Shown one piece after another: positions 26,017 to 39,771 of a stretch of 60,000 nt of DNA. The notes under the pieces are model-generated. The model saw only the letters and a program-made list of their open reading frames with translations, searched no databases and was not told where the DNA came from. Location: positions 49,230,001 through 49,290,000 of the forward strand of contig NC_058368.1 of the NCBI RefSeq assembly GCF_018350175.1. Reading direction: 5' to 3'. This stretch comes from Felis catus (lineage: Eukaryota). Position numbers and translations under genes: made by a program. How positions within the stretch are numbered: the first letter of the stretch is position 1; every line of letters starts with the position of its first letter.

Positions 26017-26926
26017 GCCTAGCACATATCTCAGGGCAAAGGACTTCTAGAATGTTCTTGTATTTCATACAGAACTCACCCACTCCAATATTTAAAAGCT
26101 GTGGTTTGTGATGTCCAAATCTGAAACACATCATTAAGTTCCTTAGACTCATAATTTAATACCATTGTTTCAAGTAAATTTAATTCATGTGTGTCTAGTT
26201 CAGTTAAATATAATTCACCAAAACGTGTTTTTGGAATACTTGTTTAATGTTTAAAAAAAAGAAAAAGCATCAATACCATTCTCAGAGTCTGGAAGTTGTG
26301 CTTCTGCTGGAGTGAACTTCAGACCCTAAAAAAATGAGTTTTACTTAAACTCAGGATCAACAAGATCAAGTACACAGGAGAATTTTTGCTCTCAGTAAAG
26401 ATGACAGTTTGAGTACGGACTGGCCCTGATAAAATGAGCTTAGGATCTTATTTTAAATTTGAGTGTCACAAGCTTTTTTCCTCAACAGCCAGATATGCCC
26501 CTCAATCAAGCTTCTTCCCGACACTTTATTTAGCTTGAGCATGGACATTAACAAGATATTACATGTCAAAGTATTCAGTGAAAATATACCTGTTCTACTC
26601 AAGAATAACATCAGCTCTTCAAATTCAGAGTAGACAATCAAAGGGACACAAGCACAAATTTACTGATCACAAACCCAAACCTTGAACATCCCAGTTAAAT
26701 TGACAAACATGCATTGCTCACCCAACATGTGTTGAGTTTCTGAGATACTCAACTGAAAGACCAACTCAGCATATAGGTAACTTCCAATTGGACTAATTTT
26801 TGGGTCCATAGCCCACCATTTCTTTATGGTAAGCATGCAACTACCCTGAAAGACCTCTTCCTATCTATAATTCTTTTGCGTGGCTCTTCTTGTGTCCTAA
26901 GCATTGTTTTATCAAATTGGAAAGTC

Positions 26927-27004
26927 TTTTTTTAATGTTTATGTATTTACTTTGAGAGAGAGAGATTGAGAGAGAGAATGAGCTGGGGAAGGGCAGAGAG
27001 AGAC

Positions 27005-27061
<57 letters not shown>

Positions 27062-27183
27062 CCCAAGCAGGCTCCACTGTCAGCACAGAGCCTGACATAT
27101 GACTCTATCTCACCAATCTTGAGCATGACCTGAGAAGAAATCTAGAGTTGGATGCTTAACCAACTAAGCCACCCAGTCACCCC
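26927..27183 (-). mobile_element. CanSINE with long (GA)n
   Basis: SINE body and T tail; TSD gaaagtctttt / gaaagtttttt. Confidence 0.95.
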
Positions 27184-27217
27184 AGAAAGTTTTTTTTTTT
27201 TTAAATAAGTCTCTATA

Positions 27218-27441
27218 GGGGCATCTGGGTGGCTCAGTCAGTTTAGCGTCTGACTTAGGCTCAGGTCATGATCTGCAGTTCGTGAGTCCAAGCCCCCCAT
27301 CGGGCTCTGTGCTGACAGCTCAGAGCCTGGAGCCTGCTTCAGATTCTGTGTCTCCCTCTCTCTGCCCCTTCCCCCGCACATGCTCTGTGTCTCTCAAAAA
27401 TGAATAAACGTTATAAATAAATAAATAAATAAATAAATAAA
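27218..27441 (+). mobile_element. CanSINE with (TAAA)n tail
   Basis: ggggcatctgggtggctcagtcagtttagcgtctgac...; TSD aaataagtctctata / aaatccgcctctata. Confidence 0.96.
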
Positions 27442-27660
27442 TCCGCCTCTATAAAGGGTTTGCATCTGTGCTTAGTCTTTGATCTCCTGTAATTATGTAA
27501 ATGTTGGCCACTATAAAACCCAAAACCTAGCCTCCAATTAATAATGTAGCACAAAAATAAGAAGATTGTTACAGAAATTATAGGAAGACCTCAATAGCAA
27601 TAATAAAGTAGTATAATGAATGGAATTCTTATGATTTAGAAAACTGGAATTCAACATGAA

Positions 27661-27662
<2 letters not shown>

Positions 27663-27700
<38 letters not shown>
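27663..27700. repeat. (AAT)n microsatellite
   Basis: Directly visible, ~12 units. Confidence 0.97.
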
Positions 27701-29840
27701 GATTTGCATTGAGGTAGGTATTTGACATGAAATATCTCAGATATTCCTTCCAAAAATTTTATGAGGAAATTTCTAATATCTGTGTTTTATCTAAGACTCG
27801 GGAAGACTAAATAGCTTTCTAAAACTTGTAAGTTAATAAAAAGCAAAGCAAGGACTCAGGGCCAGGTCTGATCACATTGCCTGTTTCACCATCTCCCAAC
27901 TCCATGTCTTGCACATTTCTACATGTACATAAACTCTGGTATCTTCATGATACTGGAACAGAGTGGTAGGAGGTAGAGAGATGCTTTATAAAGAGTTGAT
28001 CTTAGTATTTTTGACACTTAAACAGTTAAAACTATCATTTTACAAGTAATAAGCAATTTTTTTTCTTGTAGGATGGAGACGAGACTTTATCTTTCTTTTG
28101 GAAAAATTACTTAAATGAACATTTATTGGAGTATATCTAAGGGCAAGTCCCTGGGGAAGCCATGTGTTCTGTGAATTTGCCCCAAGCAGATGATTTAGGC
28201 TGAGATAGTAAACATTCTACTCAGTAAATGTGTGATCCTAAGAGTTAGAAGAGTTTTTCCATTCTTAAGCTGTATGCGTACCCTCTTTGCCTAAATGCTA
28301 TGGCCCATTCTTGGATGCTAGGTATATTTGCAATAAAATACTTAATAAGAGCTTGGGAAGGGTAACCTGATGCATACCTTAACATCTCTTCTAACACTAG
28401 GAAATGGAAAGTGACAGAAATTAGACTAGGTTTTGTACTGCCAGACTTGAGTGGGACTGTTAGTGTTTACTGTTGATGGAATAAACCAGATTAGAGAGTA
28501 ATCTCCTGTTGAGGCTGTCTTGAGGCGAGATCAATCCCATGCATGTGGGACGTGGGATTTCAGTTGCATAGATATTCCTACTGTAAATTGTTGTGGAAAA
28601 GTTTCAATAATGAGGTGGGCCTGAATTGAGGAAAGAAAGTCTTCTTTACTTCCTTCTCTAGGTCCAGGTATTAAGTGATTCTGGAAACTAAGGCAACATA
28701 TTGCTTTGGCGGGTTTTTGGTGGTGAGCTACCTTCTGCCACATGGAAGTACTTCAGGAGCTGGTCAACAGCTAACCTTGATCAATGTTTGCTTTCTTGTT
28801 GCTTATGGTCTATTTCTGAAAGGATTTAAGAAGACATATATGAGTGACTATAACACAAAGCATGGTAATTTAGAATCACAATATAATGGAGACTATACAA
28901 AGCTTGAAGGAAAATTGATGTTACTTATTTCCTGAGGGAAACCACTTTCTTCCCAGACTTTGAATTTCTTTCTAAGGGTTTTGAGCAAATAAAAGGGATT
29001 GGGAAGAGCAAATGTATGGCATATGCTCCGTGAATGGTTTCTTTTTAACCTAGTCTAAACTCAAATTGAAATTTTTTCCTGTAGGTCTTTGTGCAAGAGA
29101 ACCTGTAAATCAAAGTGGATGTTATTTTCAAGTATGGTTTTGTAAAATACAAAAAAACATTAGAGCAAATAACTTTTCCGTTGCTCCTCTTTTTTTTTTG
29201 ATGTAACTTCATAAAAAGATACAAAACTGTGATGTAAGGATCTCAAAGTATATACCTCAGAGCAATTATGATCTCAGAATAATTAAATAGCTTGTTAGAT
29301 AATCTCTCTTGAATATGAGCTATTTTAAATATACTCTGGTAGGTGTCCTATCTATCTATCTATCTTAGCATACTTGGAATAAGAAAGGGAAAACTGTCAT
29401 CAATTGTGAATATTTGGAGAATGGATTTATTTGCTCAGAATGGCTCTTACCATTCAACATGGACCTTACCCACCAGAATTACATATATAGGGAACCCATA
29501 TTTGTCTCAGAAAAAATAAGTCTTTGGATTTGTCCTGGAAAATTGTATAATTGTTATCTGAACCTCAATATTCTGTTATGAATGTAACTGAAAAAAAAAT
29601 GTCATGCTCAAGATAATGGTGATTGTTTCAGCTATTAAAAACAAGCAAATACATGTGCAATACCAGAACCCAAAACCAAAATCTTCAGTTTGGCTGTCCT
29701 GGCACATTTAATTCCAAAGGAGTATGAGTTGTCTTCTTTCTGGTTCTGCCACTATGAACAAATTTCAAAAATACTGCATATCTTGGAAAAGACCCACCCG
29801 TGATCATTAAGAGTTGGAAGTTTGACTATTTAGGGCTCAC

Positions 29841-30072
29841 CTTTTTTTTACTGAGGCATAGTAGATTTATATTATATTATATTATATTATATTATAGGTA
29901 TAGGAAGTAAAAATCCAATATTTTTATATATTGCAAAATGTTCTCCACAATAAATCTAGTTAACATCTGTCATCATATGTAGTTATATATTTTTTTTGTG
30001 ACGAGGACCTTCAAGAGTATTCACAGCAACTTTCAAATATGCAATACAGTACAGCATGGTGACTATAGCTAA
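29841..30072 (-). mobile_element. Older L1 3' end (L1MA9/L1_Carn-like)
   Basis: T tail then atattgcaaaatg..cacaataaatctagttaacatctgtcatcata ... cagcaactttcaaatatgcaatacagt. Confidence 0.8.
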
Positions 30073-30303
30073 TAGGGAAGGAAAACAGAGAGGGAGATAA
30101 AAACAGGGAAGCAAAACATAAGAGACTCTTAAATAGAGAACAAACTGAAGGTTGATGGAGGGGAGGTAGGTGGGAGGATGGGGCTACATGGGTGATGGGA
30201 CACTTGCTGTGATGAGCACTGGGTGTTATATGTAAGTGATGAATCACTAAATTCTATTCCTGAAACCATTATTATACTATGTGTTAACTGACTTGAATTT
30301 AAA
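30073..30303 (+). mobile_element. Carnivore L1 3' UTR fragment
   Basis: cataagagactcttaaatagagaacaaactgaaggttgatggagggg...gtgatgagcactgggtgttatatgtaagtgatgaatcactaaattcta. Confidence 0.92.
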
Positions 30304-30759
30304 TTGTAAGAAAGGTATTTTTCTTTTATTTGTTAAATAAAAAAATAATACGCATTGCATATTTGATATACACATATCAAATCAGTATGCATAGCAGCAC
30401 AATAAAGCTATCAATACAACCACAGAGCACATCAAACTCCAGTCAATTAACTCTGTCTAGGTCCTTTTCAAAAATGTACCCTGTTTGTCCCCAAAGAAGC
30501 CCTTTCTTTCTCTGATTCCTGGTCTTTAAAGAAATAAAAGCCTGTCTAATTGGCTCTTGAGCTCATCTCCCTTCTTGAACAGAACTGTTCTTCTGAGCAG
30601 TTCTGTGGACCAATGCACTGTCCTTTTTGGTTCAAGTCCCTCAAACAATTCATACTTCACTAGCCTGTTTCAATTTTTCAGTCTGATGCCCTCCAGCTCC
30701 TGCCTTTCTTAACTCAATCTTGTATATTCCTTAAGCTCTTATAAAAACCCTCCTCATCC

Positions 30760-30760
<1 letters not shown>

Positions 30761-30808
<48 letters not shown>

Positions 30809-30826
30809 CAGACGCACTCACACACT
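30761..30826. repeat. (CA)n microsatellite
   Basis: Directly visible. Confidence 0.98.
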
Positions 30827-33800
30827 CCCTACTGCTCTGGTGAGTCACCTTTGTCCAACAATACATTAGGATATGCACGTATATATACTTACATGATATA
30901 TGAGAGGTAAATCATGATGCATGCAGTTCACATGTAAGTGTTCCTACCTGGCATTATGCATTTATTAATCTGGGAAGAATGTTTAAGACAGGTTTTAGAG
31001 ATGTAGGAGAGACTAGAAGGGGAAATAGTTTCTGCTACAAAAGACAAGAATGGGAACCAGAATGGAAATGATTTAAAATACAGGATTCCATTTTCCATGA
31101 GCTTTAGAGATAAAAACTATTACATCTTTATTTTAGTCAGAAAAAAATGACACATTTCACCATTAAAAAAAAAGGCAAAAGGAAAACGGGTTTTAAAGGC
31201 ATAAAGATTGCAGAAACAATCACCTGAATAACACCTGAGGTGTTTTTGGTTTTGTTTAGAAAGCAATAAAGCTGAAAGATAACTGCAGGTTATGACAGAA
31301 TCAGCTGATAAAACTCACCTTAGAAGAAATATCTGTGATTTAGGAAAAGGTTTGTATTATAATGATTTCTTTTTATAATCTGACTTGCCCACTCCCCCTC
31401 AGAGCACATTCCTTCTCTCCTGCAATCATCAGTGGTTCCATCAAAGTCTTCCTGGTATAAATATGAACTCATCTTCAAAGAAGCATGTAAGTACTAAATT
31501 CAAATCTATGTTGCTTTTCTAGGCAGGTAATAGATTATAACTATCTGCTTAATTCCCTATCACTGTTTCCCTGTGACCTTCAGAACCGAGATCACTAAAA
31601 TCCTGGAGGTTCAACCTTGATCAATTTCTCAAACTAGACTGGTCTCCTAGGACTTGGGGACTTGTAAGGAGCCCATAACTAACAGTACTCTGTCTCAGCT
31701 TCTGTTCATGATTGCTGCATATACGTGACCATATAGTCTAACAAAGAAACTGATTCACAGTTTATTTCCCTATCCCTCCCATTTCACTAAACCCTCCTCA
31801 ACTTCCCCTCTTCCCCATAGCACCCCAAAATTTGGCTTCTTTCCATGAGTTCCAGCTTCTAGGTAGGCCTGCTACCTGCTGTCTGAACGTTCTGATGTCA
31901 CGAGATATGTCCTGACAGATCCCAACCATTGTCTACTGTTGAATCCCAACCTTTCTTCACTGCTAACTTCTCCCATACTCTGTTAAGTTTCTCCCTATCA
32001 CTTGTTCTGCCTCCCACATTCAGATTGGTATCTAGACTGTACCTTTCCATACAGGCCTTCTATGTAACCAAGCAACAGAAGCACTCCCCTGTAATCATCC
32101 AGGCCGACTTCTGCATGGTCTCCAAAGAGTTGTTGCATAGGCCTTCTTATGATCAGATACATCACATATTTGGAAGGACTCTTAGGAATCATGTACCCCA
32201 ATTCCCAAAGTAATGCAGATAGTCTAAGATCATATACCTTGTTTATAGTTTTTATACAAAGAAACACTCAAGGAACATATATGTGTTGCTAGATATTTCT
32301 AATCTTACATATTTCTTAAGACTAATAGCTCTCACTCTAGATTGTAGTATTACAATTAAAAAATACACAGGTTATGTTATCCAATATTGAGAGCTGCAGA
32401 GCAACTGGACCAATACATATTTATTTCCTCTAGGCTATGGAAATCTAAAAGACATAAAACAAATTCTTAAATAAGTTGGGAACAAAAAGTGTTAAGCACT
32501 CGAGAACAATATGTGCTAAATATTAGGATTCACACCAGAACCATAGGACTTGTCTGGGACTCAAGCTGGGTTTTGAAGGATGTAAATGGCTCCTTTTAAA
32601 CAGATAGGAGAAGAAAGTGAAGTAAACCAAGAGAAAAAATCAGAGTGGAATCTTTCAGGGTGAACTGAACCCAGCACAGGACCAAACTGATTAGAATGAG
32701 ACTTTCTGCTGGACGAAAAGAAGATGTCAGTGATACTTGTCAGAATCTGTGCATCAATGCTCCTACTACCAGAGTGGATTTAGGGGGAAGGGTCTGGGTC
32801 AGAAAGAAGAATAAGAACTCATGAGACTTAGGAATCTTTTCTGAGTTCCATCCCAACTGTGATATGGAACTAAGTTCAACCTCTAGACTTCATTTTTTTG
32901 ATTCCTATTTTCATTTCTAAAGTAGACATAAGAAAACAACTGTAGCCTACACCATGTGTTTATACTGAAAAAGATACGTAAAATGTAGAAAAATGACTTT
33001 TAAGTTTTTGAGTATAATTGACACATGCTATGTTACTTTGCCACATGTTATACCATGCTCACTGCAAAGGCAGCTATCATCTTCTCTTAAAGGACTGTCA
33101 TATAACATTGTAATGTGAATTGCTGGTGCCTCTATTTTGTAGACTTGACTACACTGCAACATCTCCAAATACCCAGCTCAGTTTTGTTTAGGGAAATCAT
33201 TACTGGGTGCCTACTATGTGCCATCCTGTTTAGGAATGCCCACATATGTATCTCATCAGTTCTATCAAGGTCTTGAGTTAATTCTGTTGTCCTCAGGGCA
33301 GTCTCCAACAAGCCTAGGATAGTTCTTGGGCCCCTGATTGCCCACAGTGCCACAGACAACTGTAGGCTCATTACCTAGTAAGCCCTGAGTCTGTGCCTTA
33401 GATTTTAACAGAACTCAAGTGCCCTAGAGAAAACTGAAATCCAGTCTTGAATCGCAGGCTTCATTCATCAGACCATGACTCTTGTCCCTCCCTTGCCAAC
33501 TCCAAGAAGCAGGACACTATCTTCTATGACCCAGATTCGGACTAGTGTTCTAAAAACTACTGCCTGGAGACTTAAAGACCTTTTTCTTATCATCATAAAT
33601 TTACTAACTTGAATTAACCCCTGAGCAGCAAATCCTATTAGAGGTTAACTCTGTCAACCCAAGGAGGGCCCCTTTGGCTCCTCCCCTTCTCCCAGCCTAA
33701 AATACTTTGCAGCCATGCTCACCATATGAACAAGACACACCCATGTTGTACACACAGGTTATGACCCAGAACCAATCTCCATCCTACTAAAAATGGAAAG

Positions 33801-36349
33801 GGCTACTCACACCTTCAATTATTTCCCTAATGGAAAGCTCCCAAGAAAACCCCGTGTCTGTTACTCCTTAGCTCGCAGTAACTACATGCTTCTACACATT
33901 TCTTCTTGATTTGGCTGAGAAGCGTCCTGTTTCCAGTGCAGTACTATATCCCACTGAAACCAAACTCATAAATGTGAATCCTCAGGACTCGCACAAAGTA
34001 GCATTCAAATAACCTCAGGTGCTTATAGCCTCATGAGACAGTCTCAGCTCCATAATGCATTCAGACACCCCCTTAGTTATATATTAAAAATTCTAACACC
34101 TCTATCAATGACCGATTTCAAACACCAAGCCAAAAGATTCAGATTGGATTCCAGTACCCTAGCTTTTCAGTGAACAGTGCCTCAAATTAAATTACTTTGC
34201 CTTGACCTAAAGCAGAGGCTGGTGCTCAGCTTTTCTTTTCTGGAGCCACACTTCACGTTTGAAGATGTTCTGATTTCCTCTTTAGAGATGATTCTTGTTG
34301 TAGGCAATTCCGGTTCCTGAAGCAGGAGATTTGCTGTGTTGCCGGATAGGGTAAATCTTCTACAGAGCAGCTGGTAAAGTATGTGCTGATTGTGGGAAAG
34401 CAACACCCAAGCTGATTTTCAAAGCCTGACCTTGTGATTTCATCAACTCTTTGTGAAGATTTTCAATCATTAATGAGAAAAATGCGCAGTAAAAATTCTG
34501 ATTATGGTCATATTTCCCTATCTCTGGGAATAGCTCCTTCATAGGCCCATGTAAAAAAAGCTTCAAAGAAAAGCATTGGAAATAGGTTTTTAGAAAACCT
34601 CACATATGAATTGGCATAGTTTCATGTGCCTAAACTTTTCCAAGTGTGAATTTCTGGCTTAGCTGATTTTCAATCTGCTTTATTTGATCTGAAGAAAAGG
34701 CAACGATTTACTCTACAAGAAAAGCAAATATGAACAGCTGCCTTGCTGGACTTTTTAACATGAACACAACTTTTTTTTTTAAAGGAAAATTTCAAAGTGT
34801 GACAGAATTATTAATTGATCATGATGTATTTCAGTTGTATCAACTTAAATTTCACTTCCACATTGCTAAATTTTTCCTAAAGATGCATTTGAATTTAAAT
34901 ACATAATTCATCTTCAATACAAGACTAAAACTATCTTGTAAGCTCCATATATTATGTTAGCCTTGGGCATTAACCTGAGGAAGGGCATTAGTGTGATTTA
35001 GATAGCTTAAGCTAAATCCAATTTTTTGATTTGTCTGTAAACACAGGATCATGACTGTTTTTTGAAGACTTGCTATGTTTCCATAGTTATGATTATACCA
35101 CAATGAAATGACATAAGATAACAGGACAGGGAAAAAATAAATCTCACATATGAAATTGATCTTGGTATTTATTATAGGTTTGAAACTGCACAATCCTCTT
35201 ATCAACTTTAAATCCTATTTCCAGTTTGATTCGACTTCGTTACTAGCTACCTAAAAGTGGGGTGTGATACCGTAGAAAGAGTAAAGAGCTAGTAGCTCTG
35301 TTCTTCCCTTTACTCACTAAAACAGATGCCAATCTCTTTGGATCACAGAATTCCCCTTTGGAGAATGGACATGATGATTTCTGAGGATATGTTAGTGCAC
35401 TATTTTATGATAGTCTCTGTAAAGTATTACACTTTTAATGATAATACCACCTAGAGCCTTCACTACTAAGATTCAAATGTAAAATAGTGATTTATCATGA
35501 TAATTAAAGTATAAATTACATGGACCATTGGCGTGTAGCAAAATGGGTGAAGTTTCTCAGCATCTTTGTCCTAGAGACCTTGTCTTGAGTTGATCATTGA
35601 GATATTGCTCTGGATATTTTGAAGGAGAACATAGTTTACCAAGAACCCAAATAATAAGGTCCCTATATGAAAGAGTAAGATGATGACACATAAAGGACTA
35701 CTCTAAACCTGAGTATGGAGATATTAGAGTTCGGTTTTCTTGAAGCTTTCCATGGAAAAGCCCCAAGACATTTTAATGATTCTTCCCACAAATTTGAACT
35801 TTTTAAAAAAATAGCCTCAGGCATCAAATCCCCAAAGTAGAGGAAAATCCCAAATTTGTGTGATTCTACTGTATAAAAATTAAGCCTCAACAAAAGTTAG
35901 TTTTAGGCACCTCTTCCATCGTTCTTCCTGACAGCTATTTGCCAGTATAAGGGAATCTAGGCGGACAGATTTGATAAAATCTCTAATAATTATCAATATG
36001 CTTGTTCTTTAGAACAGCTACATGGAAAAGAGAAGTTTTAGCTATACTGAAAATAAAAGCAATAAAGGAGAATAAAGAATAAATCCTACCAGAAGATTAG
36101 CTAACAATTGCTCTAGTAGATGGGGATGTCTTTCTAGAATTCAAAAGTCCAGGGGCTGACTTATATAAGTGTTTAGATAATGAGAGAAAGTGGAGAAAAG
36201 TGATTCCCTACCTTTACCTATATCCTGACAATATTATGCAGATAAATCCCAGTTAAAATCTACAACCCAGTCTGCCATTCTGACTTTGTACAAGGTTTTC
36301 CTTGACCAACACAAGTACTTAGCCATGAGTGGGAACAGAGAAATGGAGA

Positions 36350-36530
36350 TAACACTTGTTAAATGGTTTTTATCTGACACCATTGGACATTGGTAATCTC
36401 ATTCATTCCTCACATTGAGCTTGTGAAGAAAGTATTATTAATGCCATTCACAGTTGAAAGATACATAACCATTAAGTAGCGAGATCAGGATTTTTCTGGC
36501 ATAAAGGCCTGTGTTTTTTCCTGCTATGCT
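36350..36530 (-). mobile_element. MIR fragment
   Basis: aatctcattcattcctcac...ttgtgaagaaagtattattaatgccattcacagttgaaag. Confidence 0.6.
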
Positions 36531-37539
36531 TTGCCATTTCCTAAAGCAGTTGGATTAAACTAAGTTTAGGGTTTGGCAGGGGTGATGCAAATAACAGACA
36601 AAAGGTCCAAGAAATGTAGCAGGTCCTGAAAAGGTGTGTTCAAGGACAGTTAGATGGATGAAAAACATACACCTTGCTTCAAAAACATACACATACATTT
36701 TTCTATAGAATTGTATGTTCCTTTTTCTCTCTAAAGGAAAAGATTTTGGAGTGCTTACCTAGCCCCTCACCCCAAACCAAAGGCAAACTACCTACAAAGA
36801 TGGCAAGAGAAATAAACCATTGTCTATACCTAGGAATCAATGCATCATCCACCACAAGCTGGGAGGAATTATTGTGTTTTCTTGCAGTGGGACTTGATGC
36901 TTCAGTGGGTTTAAAGAGATTCCTCCTCTACTCCTATTTGGGGAATGAGAGCTAAAAAAAAAAAAAAAAAAGCCCCTCATCACCCTGGAACAGGAATCCT
37001 CTTTAAATGGGCTTCTATAACTTCATCATTAGCTGCACTAGTGGCTGTCGTATTTACAACTTCACAGGAACTAGTTACATTGTGGACTATGTGGATTATG
37101 GTCCCTGGAGTCTGGCAGGGTGCAATCTGCAGAGCCCAAAGTGAAAGTGATGACTGGTAGGACTCAGGGCTGAGACTGTTCCTATATTTGAGGATTAAGC
37201 CATTTGTCTAACAGGGAGCACCCTCACATGTTCAATGTACCAAGATGCAAATGGAAAACATTTATGCCATCAGGCAGATAAAAACTACCAGAAAGATACA
37301 GCTTCCAGTCATTGTTGGTGTCTTTACTTGTCCTTTGTCTTATATACTCCTGCCCCTCAAAAGGAGCTACTCAATCCTTGTCACTCTCCTAAGAATATAT
37401 ATGTCACCACAAGGTTGACTTTGTCTTCTTAACAGAGAAAATCGATGTGAGCAGTATGAACTTCCACAGCCCCCAGCTCCCCCATGTTCAGTCATCTGCA
37501 AAGGGCTTTAAACCTAAGGAAGCGCCTCATCATCTCAAA

Positions 37540-38660
37540 ACTACACCCTGCACATGTGCTCTTAACCCAATCCCTTTCACCCATTCTCGGAACACATTCA
37601 TCAAAGTTTCATTTCTCATGCAGGCCCTCAGCATTTCTCACATAAATATCGCATAGCCTCCAAACTGATCTCTCAACTGCCAGGGTTTTCCTCTTCCTAT
37701 TTATTTCTCTCCCCTGTACTAGAATTATCTTTCTAAAAAAAATGTTTTCATCACATCAACTTGTCAGTGCCTAGCATTTCACACAAGATTCTTCACAATT
37801 TGTCAGCATTTTAGCCTTACCTCCCACCAAGTGTTGTCATCTACTAGACATTATGGTCGTGCCTTTGCACAGAGGCATAAAGCAAAATATCACCAGAAGG
37901 TTGCATACTTTGTGGCATTTTGAGAATAGACACAATGTACTATTTTTAATTTCCAGGGCTAATCCCCAGTGCTAATCAACTTCAGACAGGTTATACACAA
38001 CCAACAATATTTATTAACTACATTCTATGTCATTCTCCAAGCTTCTCTCCCTAACCTCGAATTTTCTTTCTCTTGCTGCCACTAGAGTCTTATTCTTGAG
38101 AATATTTTTGCTACCTCCTTATTCACAAACCTTCAACAGAGCTTCACTACATGTAGAATAACTAAGCACATCTCCATCCTGGTATCCAAGGTAGCAATGA
38201 TTTATCCTTCATTTTTTACTTCTATTAAAACATCCTTGTCTGATAGCATACATTATGAATTATACTTCAGTAGCTCCCTGAACATCCCAAAGCATTCATT
38301 CCTGTCTTTACATAAACTATCATCATATCTTAGATTGTCATATTCTTCCATGTCCACATATTATAGTCCTAATCATTCTTTAAGGCCCAGTTCAAATCCT
38401 ACTTCATTTAAGAAGTAGACTCAGATTTTCCCCACACAGAACTCAACTACCCAATTCTTGCTGTCATAGCTCTGCATCTGTACCTTTTTATTGCTATGAG
38501 CAATTTATGCCTTGAATAAGATTTACATATGTCTGTCTCCCCTACTAGAATGTAAATTATTTGTTGGCATAACCCATATTTTATCTACATATTCCTCAAA
38601 ACACCTAACACAGTTCTCTGAGCACAACAGTTTCTCAACAAGAATTTATTGGTTTGAATT
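37540..38660 (+). mobile_element. Cluster of L2 fragments ending in an L2 3' end
   Basis: cattctttaaggcccagttcaaat, tgtctgtctcccctactagaatgtaa, acacctaacacagt...ctcaacaagaatttattgg. Confidence 0.65.
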
Positions 38661-39234
38661 ACACAGTATTACACTTACTAATATCAAAGCAGCGTTGCTG
38701 ATTAGAAGGAAAAAATAAAATATGTTTTATTACTTTAATTGTGGGTTTCCCAAAGACCAAGGTTAATATAGCACCACCATGACAACAGCTTATCTTAATT
38801 TTGTGATACTTCTTAAATATCAAGTCATGAAAACTTGAACCTGTTTGAATGATTTGGGGGCACTTATTGGGGTTAGTATTAGTAACACTGGAAATACATT
38901 CCATATTTACAATATGAACCTTAGTACTATTATTGGTTAGGTGTTAGGACCCATTACTCCCTCCCCTGCATTGGAAAATCATTCAACCATACAAATTTTA
39001 CACAACACATTGGAAAATACGGTGGTTTAACACATGTAGAAGTGAATTTTGAGAACTCATTACTTCATTTACATATCCATTCATTGATCCAAAAAGGAGC
39101 ACCATTGAGTGTGAATGAAAATATTCTTGCATTACTCTATCCATAGCATCCCCTCAACTACAAATTTTTCTGTAGCTCACCTATCTTTAACTCCTACCCA
39201 AATGTGTTGTTAAAATGGGTGTTCCTTCTCCTGT

Positions 39235-39651
39235 TATGATGGCTAATTTTATGTGTCAATTTGACTGGGCCATGATGTACACAGATGCTAAACATTATTT
39301 CTAGAAGCTACTGAGAGAGTATTTCTGGAAGAAATTAGCATTTGAGATCAGACTGTTCTCCATGGTGTGGTGGATATCATTCAATCTGTTTAAGGCCCGA
39401 ATAGAACAAAAAGGTGGAGGAATGGAGAATTCACTCTCTCTTCCTGACCTCTTGAGCTGGGACATCAGTCTTCTCTTGTCTTTGGGCTGGAATTTACACA
39501 ATTGGCTTTCCTGGATCTTCAGCTCACAGTTAGCAGATCATGGGACTTCTCAACCTCCATAACCATGTGAGTCAATTCCTTATAATAAACCTCTTTATAG
39601 GTAGATAGATAATCTCCTATTGGTTCTGTTTCTCTGGAGAACCCCAATACA
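39235..39651 (+). mobile_element. MLT2 (ERVL) solo LTR, MLT2D/B-like
   Basis: tatgatggctaattttatgtgtcaatttgactgggcc ... cctattggttctgtttctctggagaaccccaataca; 5-bp TSD cctgt / cctat. Confidence 0.93.
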
Positions 39652-39771
39652 CCTATCTGTCCCTATCTGTCCATCTAGGTCCTGAATTTCCTCAGGGGTC
39701 TCAATCAATTATTTCCCAACCCTCTGCATCTTTGAATTCTTTCTTTCTTCTGACTCTTTAGCTTAGAGGGT

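Noticed and set aside
31929..32267. Protein-looking ORF (AFYVTKQQKHSPVIIQADF...) after a possible acceptor
   Set aside because: No family recognised and its 3' part (ttggaaggactcttaggaatcat) looks like MIR-derived sequence
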